Assembly: GCA_041492755.1 (NCBI GenBank)
Contig: JBGPXN010000041.1
Location: 1 to 32,072 of the forward strand
DNA length: 32,072 bases
Source of the DNA: Candidatus Methylomirabilia bacterium
GTDB taxonomy: Bacteria; Methylomirabilota; Methylomirabilia; Rokubacteriales; CSP1-6
Reading direction: 5' to 3'
Shown here: one piece after another, positions 9,084-17,472 of the stretch
How the letters are laid out: each line of letters begins with the position of its first letter
Position numbering within the stretch: position 1 is the first letter of the stretch
Notes under the pieces: generated by a model
What the model was told of the DNA's origin: nothing
Databases searched by the model: none
The model's input: the letters and a program-made list of their open reading frames with translations, nothing else
Program-made: the position numbers and the translations under genes

Positions 9084-10394
9084 TCACTCAGCAGTTGAGT
9101 GGAGCACGATGCACAGGTCGAGGAGATTCGTATTGGTCGGACCCGTCACGACCAGATCGCCGCTCGCGCGGAGGAACGTGTAGCTGTCGTTGTCGTCGAG
9201 TGTCAGCCGTGGATGGCGCCCGGCCGCGACGCCGCGCCGCGGCGTGCCCGCGTCGACGATCGCGCCGGCGGCATCGGTCGGCCCGTCGGTGCCGTCGGTC
9301 CCCGCCGCCAGCAGCGTGAGCGGCGCGTTCCCGTCCATCGCCATCGCCGCCGCGAGCGCGAGCTCCTGACAGCGACCGCCGCGGCCGCGCCCCCGCACCG
9401 TCACCGTCGTCTCGCCCGCCGCCAGCAGGCACGCGGGCGGGGTCAACGCACGCGCACGTCGCACGAGGTCCGGCCCCACCTCGCGCGCTTCGCCCTGGAG
9501 CTCACGGGTGAGCACGGTCGGCCGGTAGCCGAGGTGCTCGGCGGCGGCGGCGGCCGCGGCGACGACGACCGCGTTGTTGCCGATCACCACGTTCGTCACG
9601 TGGTCGAATACCGGGTCGCCGGGCTTCGGTGTCTCGGCGATCTCACCACGGTGGCCGGCCTGCAACCGGCGGAGGACCGACACGGGGACCCGGTCGGCAG
9701 CTCGGCGGCGCATCAGAACCTCGAGCGCGTCGGCGAAGGTGCTCGAGTCCGGGACCGTCGGGCCCGAGGCGATCACGTCGAGCGGATCGCCGATGACGTC
9801 GGACAGCGCGAGCGCCAGCAGCGTGGCCGGCGCCACCGCCCGCGCCAGCTGGCCACCCTTGAGGAACGACAGGTGCTTGCGCACCGCGTTGAGCTCGCCG
9901 ATCGTAGCACCCGCCTCCAGTAGCAGCCGGGTGACCGTGCGCTTTTCGTCGAGTGTGATGGGCGCCACCGGCGCCGGCGTCAACGCCGAGCCGCCACCTG
10001 AGACCAGAACAATGACGAGGTCACGCGGCCCCGCCTGGCGGGCCAGATCCAGGATGCGTCCGGCCGCCGCCTGGCCGCGCGCATCCGGAACCGGGTGACC
10101 GGCCTCCACCACCTCGATGCCGCCCACGCGCGCCGTGTAACCGTCCTTGACCACGACGAAGCCGGCCGTGATGCGATCGCCCAGCACGTCCGCGAGGGCG
10201 CGCGCCATGGCGGCCGAGGCCTTACCGCAGCCGAGGACGAAGACGCGCTCCGTGCGGGCGAGGTCGACGCGGAGGGCGCCGGCGGTCAGGACGTCACCGC
10301 GGCGTTCGAGCGCGCGCTTGACAAGAGGGCCGACGTCGCCGGCGGCGAGCGCGGCCTGCCAGATCGCGAGTGCCGCGTCCCGCGGCGCGGTCAG
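9084..10394 (-). CDS. Glycerate 2-kinase / hydroxypyruvate reductase (DUF4147 + MOFRL)
   Basis: GKASAAMA, AGHPVPD, SGGGSAL, RKHLSFLKGG, ASGPT, GETTV, GTDGTDGP and TGPTNTN motifs. Family-like sequence (RDAALAIWQAAL..GD) extends upstream of the ORF-track ATG 10208 to a CTG at 10394 that overlaps the upstream TGA. Confidence 0.85.
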   Translation of the reverse strand: MTAPRDAALAIWQAALAAGDVGPLVKRALERRGDVLTAGALRVDLARTERVFVLGCGKASAAMARALADVLGDRITAGFVVVKDGYTARVGGIEVVEAGHPVPDARGQAAAGRILDLARQAGPRDLVIVLVSGGGSALTPAPVAPITLDEKRTVTRLLLEAGATIGELNAVRKHLSFLKGGQLARAVAPATLLALALSDVIGDPLDVIASGPTVPDSSTFADALEVLMRRRAADRVPVSVLRRLQAGHRGEIAETPKPGDPVFDHVTNVVIGNNAVVVAAAAAAAEHLGYRPTVLTRELQGEAREVGPDLVRRARALTPPACLLAAGETTVTVRGRGRGGRCQELALAAAMAMDGNAPLTLLAAGTDGTDGPTDAAGAIVDAGTPRRGVAAGRHPRLTLDDNDSYTFLRASGDLVVTGPTNTNLLDLCIVLHSTAE

Positions 10395-10546
10395 GACCGA
10401 AGTCGCTGCAGTCGCTCGCCGGCGTCCCGGAGCTTGTCGTCGGTCAGGTTCACCCCGCCGTGCTGCGTCACCACGCGCGTCATCTCGCGGATGACGGACT
10501 CGGTGAAACCCTGGACGCGCCGGGAGATCCGCGCGTCCGCCGTCAC
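10391..10546 (-). pseudogene. Internally deleted PLP-dependent class I/II aminotransferase (51-aa fusion of the N- and C-termini)
   Basis: ISRRVQGFTESVIREMTR..QHGGVNL (typical N-terminus that precedes xQGFPD) is joined in frame at about 10444/10445 to TDDKLRDAGERLQRL (typical C-terminal helix). Confidence 0.75.
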
Positions 10547-10785
10547 GGAATGACCACGTCGCGCTCGATGGGGTCGACCAACACGCCCTGGGCCTTCAAC
10601 CACGCAACGCCCCTCTGCAGCGTCGCCTCGTCCGCCTCCAGCTCGAGCAGCACCCAGCCCTGGTCCGCCTTGACGTCCGCACGGCGAATGTTGATGACGA
10701 TGTCGAAGTCCTTCACGAGGCGGTAGACGATCGGCTCCTGGATGAGGGCGGGCGGGAACGTCAGCCGGACGCGCAGGCGGTCCAT
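10543..10785 (-). CDS. NIL domain-containing protein
   Basis: RLTFPPALIQEPIVYRLVKDFDIVINIRRADV...GWVLLELE; RBS not strong, but tightly spaced in the operon. Confidence 0.85.
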   Translation of the reverse strand: MDRLRVRLTFPPALIQEPIVYRLVKDFDIVINIRRADVKADQGWVLLELEADEATLQRGVAWLKAQGVLVDPIERDVVIP

Positions 10786-10798
10786 CGCGGAGCGCCGA

Positions 10799-11077
10799 TC
10801 AGCGGCCTCCGGCGATGGCGGGGACGATGGAGACCCGGTCTCCGTCCTTGAGGACGGTGGTCTTGCCCTGGAGGAAGCGAATGTCCTCTTCGTTGACGTA
10901 CACGTTGATGAACCGGCGGAGCTCGCCCTTGTCGTCCAGCAAGCGCTCGCGGAGCCCTGGGAACTGCCGCTCGAGGTCCTCGACGAGGTCGCCCACGGTG
11001 TCGCCCTTGGCTTGAACCTCCGCGTTGCCCTTGGTCACGGAGCGAAGCGGGGTCGGAATCCGCACGAACACCGGCAT
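10799..11077 (-). CDS. MoaD/ThiS/CysO family ubiquitin-like sulfur carrier protein (ends ...AIAGG-R)
   Basis: VRIPTPLR, RRFINVYVNEEDIRF and IVPAIAGG motifs; AGGAGG RBS. Confidence 0.93.
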   Translation of the reverse strand: MPVFVRIPTPLRSVTKGNAEVQAKGDTVGDLVEDLERQFPGLRERLLDDKGELRRFINVYVNEEDIRFLQGKTTVLKDGDRVSIVPAIAGGR

Positions 11078-11088
11078 CCGGAATCCTC

Positions 11089-12339
11089 CTACGGCGTCAT
11101 CTCTGATTTGAGGTCGGCCAGCGCGCGGTCGAACGCGGACAGCTGCGGCCGGATCTGCACCTGAATCCGCAGCCGCTCCTGGAGCGAGTCCGGCGTCTTG
11201 AGACCGTTGCCGGTGATGCAGATCACGATCGATTCGTCGCGCGGGATCACTCCCCGCTCGATGAGCTTTTTCGCGGCGGCCACGGTCACGCCGCCGGCCG
11301 TCTCGGTGAAGATGCCCTCGGTGCGGGCGAGCAGCAGCATGCCCTCGACGATCTCTTCATCCGTCACGTGCTCGCCGGAGCCCCCGGACTCCTTGGCCGT
11401 CCGGTACGCGTAGTATCCGTCGGCGGGGTTCCCGATGGCGAGGGACTTGGCGATCGTGTTGGGACGCACGGGCACCAGCACGTCGGTGTCGTTCTTGATC
11501 ATGGTGACGATGGGCCCGCAGCCGAGGGCCTGGGCCGCGTGCATGCGCGTCTGTACCGGGCCGTCGACGAGGCCGAGCGCCGTCATCTCCTTGATCGCCT
11601 TCCAGATCTTCGTCATGAGCGAGCCCCCGGCGCACGGCACGACGATGTGCTGCGGTGTGCGCCAGCCGAGCTGCTCGACGATCTCGAAGCCGTACGACTT
11701 CGACCCCTCGGAATAGTACGGCCGGAAGTTCACGTTCACGAACGCCCAGCGGTACTTGTCGGCGATCTCCGAGCACAGCCGGTTGACCTCGTCGTACGTC
11801 CCCTCGACCGCGATCAGCGTCGGGTTGTAGACGAGGGTGGCCACGATCTTGCCCTGCTCGAGGTCGGCGGGGATGAAGATGTAGGAGCGCAGCCGGGCCT
11901 CGGCCGCGTGCGCGGCCACCGAGTTGGCGAGGTTGCCCGTCGAGGCGCAGGCGACGGTGTCGAAGCCGAACTCCTTCGCCTTCGTGACGGCCACCGCGAC
12001 GACGCGGTCCTTGAACGACCACGTCGGGTGACAGACCGAGTCGTTCTTGACGTAGATCTCGGCGACGCCGAGCTCTTGTTCGAGATTCCGCGCGCGCAGG
12101 AGCGGGGTGAAACCGACGTAATGCCCGACGGCGACCTCGCCGTCCACCGGGAGCAGGTCCTTGTACCGCCACATGCTGGGCGGTCCCGCCTCGATGGACG
12201 CCCGGGTGACCACTCCCTTCATCGCGTCGTAGTGGTAGTCGACCTCGAGCGGGCCGAAGCAGAACTCGCAGACGTGGATGGGAGCCGCGGGGTAGCCGCG
12301 ACCACACTCGCGGCACTTCAGACCATTCAACTTGTCCAT
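11089..12339 (-). CDS. thrC: Threonine synthase-like PLP enzyme (fold type II)
   Basis: N-terminal CRECG...CEFCFGPLEV, PTWSFKDR (PLP Lys), CASTGNLA, EGSK, TIAKSLAIGNP and ITGNGLKT motifs; GGAG RBS before ATG 12339. Confidence 0.88.
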   Translation of the reverse strand: MDKLNGLKCRECGRGYPAAPIHVCEFCFGPLEVDYHYDAMKGVVTRASIEAGPPSMWRYKDLLPVDGEVAVGHYVGFTPLLRARNLEQELGVAEIYVKNDSVCHPTWSFKDRVVAVAVTKAKEFGFDTVACASTGNLANSVAAHAAEARLRSYIFIPADLEQGKIVATLVYNPTLIAVEGTYDEVNRLCSEIADKYRWAFVNVNFRPYYSEGSKSYGFEIVEQLGWRTPQHIVVPCAGGSLMTKIWKAIKEMTALGLVDGPVQTRMHAAQALGCGPIVTMIKNDTDVLVPVRPNTIAKSLAIGNPADGYYAYRTAKESGGSGEHVTDEEIVEGMLLLARTEGIFTETAGGVTVAAAKKLIERGVIPRDESIVICITGNGLKTPDSLQERLRIQVQIRPQLSAFDRALADLKSEMTP

Positions 12340-12479
12340 TGATCCGTCTCCATCGGTAGGGGAATTGAGCCCCGAGTTGTACTGCACCGACAGCAAGACC
12401 GCCCGAATACTTAACACTCCGCTCGCCGTAAAGTCAATGAACCCCGCATGAATGCGGACGCCCGGACTACACTGAGAGC

Positions 12480-14387
12480 GTGCGGCTGCTTCCGTTCGCC
12501 GCGCTCGCCACCTATGGCGTCGCCTTCGCGATCGCCGCCCTGGGCGGCGGTCTGCTCGTCTTCGACGACCATCCCGGCCAGCTCTACCGCGTCTGGCACG
12601 TCGTCATCCACGGCCCGGCGCCGTGGGCGTGGAACGCCGGCTGGTGGGCGGGCTATCCGGAGCTGCAATTCTACCCGCCGGGCTTCGCCTATGCGGGCGC
12701 CCTCCTCCATCTACTGTCGCTGGGCCGGCTCAGCGTCGAGATGGCGTACCAGGTGTTGGTCGGCATCGCCTATCTGGCTCCGGGATTCGCGGCGTTCGCG
12801 CTCCTCTCGCGTCTCCTCGGCAGCGGCTGGGCCGCCCTGCCCGGTGCGCTGGTGGCGCTGGCGCTGTCTGCCGGCATCGCGAGTGGCGTCGAAGGCGGCG
12901 TCCGTACCGGCATGCTGGCCGCGCGCCTGGGCTGGGCGCTGCTGCCGCTGGTCGCCCTCGCTGTCCACGGACGCGCCGCCACACCCGTCGTCAGTATGTT
13001 GCTGGCCGCGATCGCGATCACCCACCCCGCTCACCTGCCGACTGCCGCCGCCATCGTGTTGCTCGCGGCGTGGCCCCGGCGCAGCCGGTGGTGGCTGCCG
13101 CAGGCGACGGTGCCGCTGGCGCTCGGCGCCGCGCTCACCGGCTTCTGGACGGTCCCGCTCCTGGCCCGGCTCGCGCATACGCGCGCGCTGGCCTGGGGCG
13201 ATCTCGCCGTGGGCGCCACGCTCGGGCAGCATCCATTGCTCGCGCTACTCCTCGTCCTCGCGCTCGTGGCATTCTGGCCGCTCGCGCCGTCTCCCCCCGG
13301 CCGCGACGGCGGCCGACGCCTGCTCGCACGTCTCCCGTGGGCCACCGGCGCCCTCGTGCTCGCGGATGCGCTCGGGCTCGAGCCCCTGGGCGCGCGCTGG
13401 CTGCCCGCGAATCGCATGATCGACGGCTTCTGGCTCGCCGTGGTCCTGGCGGGCGCTCTCACGCTCGGCGATCTCCTGCGCCGGCTGGCCGCGCGCGCCC
13501 GCGTGCCGATCGCCGCCCTCAGCGTCGCCACGGTGGCGCTCGTGGTGGCGGTGTCGCTGCCGACGGCAACGCTCAGTCTCTGGCCCCGGCACGGGGAGTG
13601 GCCGGCGCTCGGACCGACCGCGCGCGGTATTCGTCTGGACGATCTCTGGACGTCGCTCGCCGCCAACCCCGAAGGCCGCGTGCTGTTCGTGCGCTCGGGC
13701 GTGCCGCTCGTCTTCGGCGAAGCATGGTGGCGTCCGCACACTCACGTCACCGCGCTCGCGCCGCTGGCGACCGGGCGCGGCATCGTGCACGGCACGTTCA
13801 CCCACCCGTCCCCGATCGCCGCCCTCGTCTATCGCGGGTCGGCCGCGCCGGGCGCGATCCGACTGCTCGCCGAGCAGCTCGACGGCGTATCGTTGTTCGG
13901 TCGGCCACTGGAGCAGCTCGACACCCGGACGCTCGCGGCGTACGCCGATCGGCTCGGGATCGCGCAGATCGTTGCCCTCGAGGAGGATGCACCGCGCCTG
14001 GGCGGGCTCGCCGACGATCAGCTGTTCCGCCGACGGCCCGCGCCGGCGCCGTTCGTGGTCTACGCGCGGAGCTCTCCCGTGGCGATCCCGAAGGCGACGG
14101 GCGACGGACACCTCGCCGTCGACCTCGATGGACCGCCGGGCACCTGGAGGACGGCGCGGATGGCCTACTACCCGCTCTGGCGCGCGAGCGCCGCCGAGCG
14201 CGAGCTGCCGACGCGACGCGGCGAGCTGGGCGACCTCGAAATTCGTGTCGACGGCGGTCCCGTACACGCCGAGCTGACGTACCGTCCGGGAGTGCCGGAG
14301 CTCGCTGGAATCGCCCTGAGCGCGCTGGGCGGCGTGCTCTGGGTGGCCGCGGTCGTCGTCAGCCGCCGGCGGGCAGCGCGATCCTGA
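12480..14387 (+). CDS. Polytopic membrane protein, GT-C-like / 6-pyruvoyl-tetrahydropterin-synthase-related membrane family
   Basis: FDDHPGQ, WNAGWWAGYPELQFYPPG, many TM segments, and YYPLWRA before a C-terminal TM helix. Confidence 0.65.
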   Translation: MRLLPFAALATYGVAFAIAALGGGLLVFDDHPGQLYRVWHVVIHGPAPWAWNAGWWAGYPELQFYPPGFAYAGALLHLLSLGRLSVEMAYQVLVGIAYLAPGFAAFALLSRLLGSGWAALPGALVALALSAGIASGVEGGVRTGMLAARLGWALLPLVALAVHGRAATPVVSMLLAAIAITHPAHLPTAAAIVLLAAWPRRSRWWLPQATVPLALGAALTGFWTVPLLARLAHTRALAWGDLAVGATLGQHPLLALLLVLALVAFWPLAPSPPGRDGGRRLLARLPWATGALVLADALGLEPLGARWLPANRMIDGFWLAVVLAGALTLGDLLRRLAARARVPIAALSVATVALVVAVSLPTATLSLWPRHGEWPALGPTARGIRLDDLWTSLAANPEGRVLFVRSGVPLVFGEAWWRPHTHVTALAPLATGRGIVHGTFTHPSPIAALVYRGSAAPGAIRLLAEQLDGVSLFGRPLEQLDTRTLAAYADRLGIAQIVALEEDAPRLGGLADDQLFRRRPAPAPFVVYARSSPVAIPKATGDGHLAVDLDGPPGTWRTARMAYYPLWRASAAERELPTRRGELGDLEIRVDGGPVHAELTYRPGVPELAGIALSALGGVLWVAAVVVSRRRAARS

Positions 14388-15744
14388 CGCGGGCGGCACC
14401 GTCCACGTCGTAGATTCGTACGCTCAGCGAATCGCGCTCGGCCACCATCTCGCCGAAATTCGCCACCCAGCCGAGCCCGCCGAGCGAGCGTGTCGAAAGC
14501 GACCGGTCGAGCGGGCGCGGATGACCTGCGCGCGCCGCCAGCGGGCCGGCCACGAGCTCGTGCACCGCGTACCCCGGCGCGAGCGTATGTCGGAGCACCT
14601 CGGCGTGGTGGACGTCGCCCGACACGAACACGACGTTGCGGATGCGCGCGTCGCGCAGCGCGCGCAGGATGTCGTCGCGCTCCTGCACGAAGCCGGTGCC
14701 GGGGCGGCGGAAGCCCAGGAGGTTGGCGTTCGACCACGAATCGGATGCCGAGCCGCCGGTGAACATGCCGAGCGGCACCGAGGTCACGATGAGCTTCCAC
14801 GTCGCGTCGGAGGACGAGACACCCTCCAGCAGCCACTGCCGCTGCGCCGGGCCGAGCATGCTCTTGTCGGGACCGTCGCGATCCGTATTCGCGCTGCGAT
14901 ACTGTCGCGTGTCCAGGATAAAGACGTCGACGTGCCGGCCCCAGCGCACACGACGGTAGAGCCGCGTCGGCTCCTCCGGCGACACTACGACGGGCCAGTA
15001 GTCCAGGAACGCTTGCCGGGCGACCGGCATGAGCGGCTCGCTGGCCCCGGAGAAATTATTGCGGACCTCGTGGTCGTCCCAGATCGCGAACACGCTGGTG
15101 CTCCTGAAGAACGTCTGGAGCGCGGTGTCCGCGCGATTGTACCGGTGCTTGGCGTGGAATTCCGGCAGCGTGGTGGCAACGAAGTCGTTGCCGGGCACGA
15201 CGGCCGAGCCGGTGCAGCGGCGGTCGGCATACACGGTGTCGCCGACAAACAGGAAGAAGTCGGGCTGACGACGAACCATCGCCTGAAAGATCCGGTACCC
15301 GTCCTCGACGTCGCGGCAGTGACCGGAGCCGCCGAGATCGCCGCTCCACAGCAGCCGCACCGGCACGTCGTCGCTGGTGGCCGGCGCGGTGGTGAACGTC
15401 CCCTCCACGGCCGCGCCGGGCTGCTCCACGGTGTAGCCGTAGCGCGTGTGCGGCGTCAGGTGGTCGAGCACCACGCGCGCGGTGTGGTCGCGGTCCGCCT
15501 CGGGGACGACGTCCACGCTCCGCGTCTCGGACAGGCTCGTCTCCGGGCCGTAGCGCAGGCGGATGGGACCTCCGTCGCCCCGCGCCCACAGCACGGCACG
15601 GTCGGCGGACACGTCGCCGACGGTGACGAGGAGCCCGGGATGGTCGTGACCGGGCACGGGGGCGGCCGGCCCCAGCCCGCTCGGCGCGACGCTCATCACG
15701 AGCACCGCGGGTGAGACGAGACGGATCAGCCGCGCGCCGAACAC
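14359..15744 (-). CDS. phoD: Alkaline phosphatase D family protein
   Basis: Signal-like N-terminus; VGDV..AVLWAR, WSGD, GDTVYAD, WDDHEVRNN, LDTRQYR, MLG..QRQWL and SGDVH motifs. Confidence 0.88.
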   Translation of the reverse strand: MFGARLIRLVSPAVLVMSVAPSGLGPAAPVPGHDHPGLLVTVGDVSADRAVLWARGDGGPIRLRYGPETSLSETRSVDVVPEADRDHTARVVLDHLTPHTRYGYTVEQPGAAVEGTFTTAPATSDDVPVRLLWSGDLGGSGHCRDVEDGYRIFQAMVRRQPDFFLFVGDTVYADRRCTGSAVVPGNDFVATTLPEFHAKHRYNRADTALQTFFRSTSVFAIWDDHEVRNNFSGASEPLMPVARQAFLDYWPVVVSPEEPTRLYRRVRWGRHVDVFILDTRQYRSANTDRDGPDKSMLGPAQRQWLLEGVSSSDATWKLIVTSVPLGMFTGGSASDSWSNANLLGFRRPGTGFVQERDDILRALRDARIRNVVFVSGDVHHAEVLRHTLAPGYAVHELVAGPLAARAGHPRPLDRSLSTRSLGGLGWVANFGEMVAERDSLSVRIYDVDGAARVRIALPAGG

Positions 15745-15754
15745 GCCGGGCCGC

Positions 15755-16387
15755 TCACTCCGGGCCGATCGTGTGGGTGAACATCACGCCGCCACCGTCG
15801 TCGACGAGCCGCACGGTCAGGTGCGCGGGCTCGATCACGACATGGCCGAAGTTGTAGACGCCGCCGCGAAGAGCGACCGGGGCCCCAGCGCGAGGTCCAG
15901 CGGCCGGGGCCGGCCCGGGCGCGCCGACAGCGGCCCGGCGATGAACTCGTGAAACGAGAACCCGGGCGTGGGATGGTGCCGGATGAGCTCGGCGTGGTGC
16001 ACTCCACGAGAACGAGACGCGCGCCGCCTGCTCGGCCGCCGGCGCCGTGCGGAAGCTCGCGACCACCACCGCCGCGCCGGCCTGCGCACGCACCCGGTGG
16101 AGGGTGGCGGACGCGAGCCCGGTCACGCGCGCCTGGCCCGTGAGGTCGGTGTCGCGAGTCACCGCAATCCGCGCGGGCGCGACAACGGACCCGTCTCCGG
16201 CCGTCACCTCCACGGCGACGTCACCGGGTGCCGGCGCGCGGACCCACACGACGGCGGCCGTTGCCGTCACGTCGCCCACGGTGAGGAGGAGGCCGGGATC
16301 CGCGGTTACCGCGGACGGCAGGAGGATCACCGCGAGCACGAGCAGAAACAATGGCCGGCGCGGCCGTCGGGGGTGGTCCGGCGTCAG
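15755..16387 (-). pseudogene. PhoD paralog lacking its catalytic core (internal deletion plus a second frameshift)
   Basis: N-terminal domain (GLLLTVGDVTATAAVVWVR...SFRTAP...SFSWS) is joined at about 16002 to VHHAELIRH...HEFIAGPL in another frame. At about 15866 it returns to the first frame (GGVYNFG...). Start at CTG 16387 or TTG 16351. Confidence 0.78.
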
Positions 16388-17265
16388 GGGACGACGGTCT
16401 TGAGGTGGGTCAGGATCTCGGTTTCGAAGGCCTCCAGGCTCTGCCCGAACGCCTTCTGGAAGTTCTCGCGCCGGTCGTGGCCAATCCCGAACGCGCTGAA
16501 ATACTCCAGCATCGAGGTGAAGCCGTTGCGCTCGATCAGGTAGTCCGCCATGAGGAAGGCGAGCTGATACGTCGGCAGCGACCCTTCCTTGCGATGACGC
16601 AGCGTGAAGCCGCGGGGCGAGCCCAGGGTCTCGAGATCGAGCCGCGCGGCCACCAGCGACGCGTAGTTCCGGATCCCCATGCGCGCACCGACGCGGCGCT
16701 GGCGAACGGTGTCCATTGCGAGACGCTCCAGCACGGTGAAGGCGACCCACTCCGCCATCCCTTCGGCCAGCCACTGCTCGGCGCGTCCCTCGCCCTGCGC
16801 GAGCTCGATCTGGCAGAGGTGCGCCATCTCGTGCGCGATGAGCCGGAGCCACTCGCGCCCCCGCCCGTCGGCACCCTCGTCGTTGAGCAGGAGCTGACGC
16901 CGCTTGCCCACGCCGATGGCGAAGTCACTCAGCTCCGCCGCGCGGGCGGGCGACACGTGCGCGTCGTTGATGAGCCCCTGCTCAAACACCTTGCGCGAGC
17001 CGTACACGTAGACCGTGAACTCGTCGGGCACCGGGAGTCCGAGCTCTTCACTGAGGATGGCCGCGATGCCGAGTACGGCAGCCTCGTGGGTCTTCAGCAG
17101 CCGTGGATCGTTCGGCACCTCCACCGCGGCGGGTAGGAACGTGAAAGGCAACACCAATCGGGTACTGCCGCAGCCGGTGAGAACGAAGAACGTGGTGAGG
17201 GTGAGGACGCCACCGAGGGCTCCGTACCGCGTCAGGCACGAGAAGAACGAATGCTTCGATGCCAA
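16384..17265 (-). CDS. Putative lipoprotein metallopeptidase (gluzincin / peptidase MA-like)
   Basis: Lipobox-like VLTGC; HEMAH followed by WLAEGMAEW; start codon uncertain. Confidence 0.65.
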   Translation of the reverse strand: MASKHSFFSCLTRYGALGGVLTLTTFFVLTGCGSTRLVLPFTFLPAAVEVPNDPRLLKTHEAAVLGIAAILSEELGLPVPDEFTVYVYGSRKVFEQGLINDAHVSPARAAELSDFAIGVGKRRQLLLNDEGADGRGREWLRLIAHEMAHLCQIELAQGEGRAEQWLAEGMAEWVAFTVLERLAMDTVRQRRVGARMGIRNYASLVAARLDLETLGSPRGFTLRHRKEGSLPTYQLAFLMADYLIERNGFTSMLEYFSAFGIGHDRRENFQKAFGQSLEAFETEILTHLKTVVP

Positions 17266-17319
17266 GCCCCGTCCCTACCGCGCCGAGTCTCACATGGAGT
17301 ACCAACAAGTGGAAGCGGT

Positions 17320-17342
17320 TTTCACACACGCCGCATGTGAAA
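17320..17342. promoter_or_regulatory. Operator-like inverted repeat upstream of the metallopeptidase-phoD genes
   Basis: TTTCACA-N9-TGTGAAA; a related half-site TCTCACA lies at 17288. Confidence 0.4.
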
Positions 17343-17420
17343 CCTACAACGCGACCAAATTCAGGCGCTTCGAGCGCGGGCTACGCTCGCGCAATCTGTC
17401 TCAAGGGGGGAGGCAGCGAA

Positions 17421-17471
17421 GCGGGCCAAAGGCCCGCGCAGCGTCGGAAGGGGGGCGAAGCCCCCCTCCGA
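17421..17471. repeat. REP-like paired GC-rich hairpins / terminator after the SDR gene
   Basis: GCGGGCC-AAA-GGCCCGC (17421-17437) and TCGGAAGGGGGGC-GAA-GCCCCCCTCCGA (17444-17471). Confidence 0.55.
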
Positions 17472-17472
17472 G

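Noticed and set aside
10799..10801. Sec read-through at other TGA stops (moaD-like, NIL, tldD, moeA)
   Set aside because: Each TGA falls at the expected family C-terminus and is followed closely by the next gene's start.
12340..12479. Possible SAM riboswitch or attenuator ahead of the thrC-moaD operon
   Set aside because: The gap is short and shared with a divergent promoter. No SAM-I/IV core or leader peptide is recognisable, only a small CCGCAT-GA-ATGCGG hairpin.
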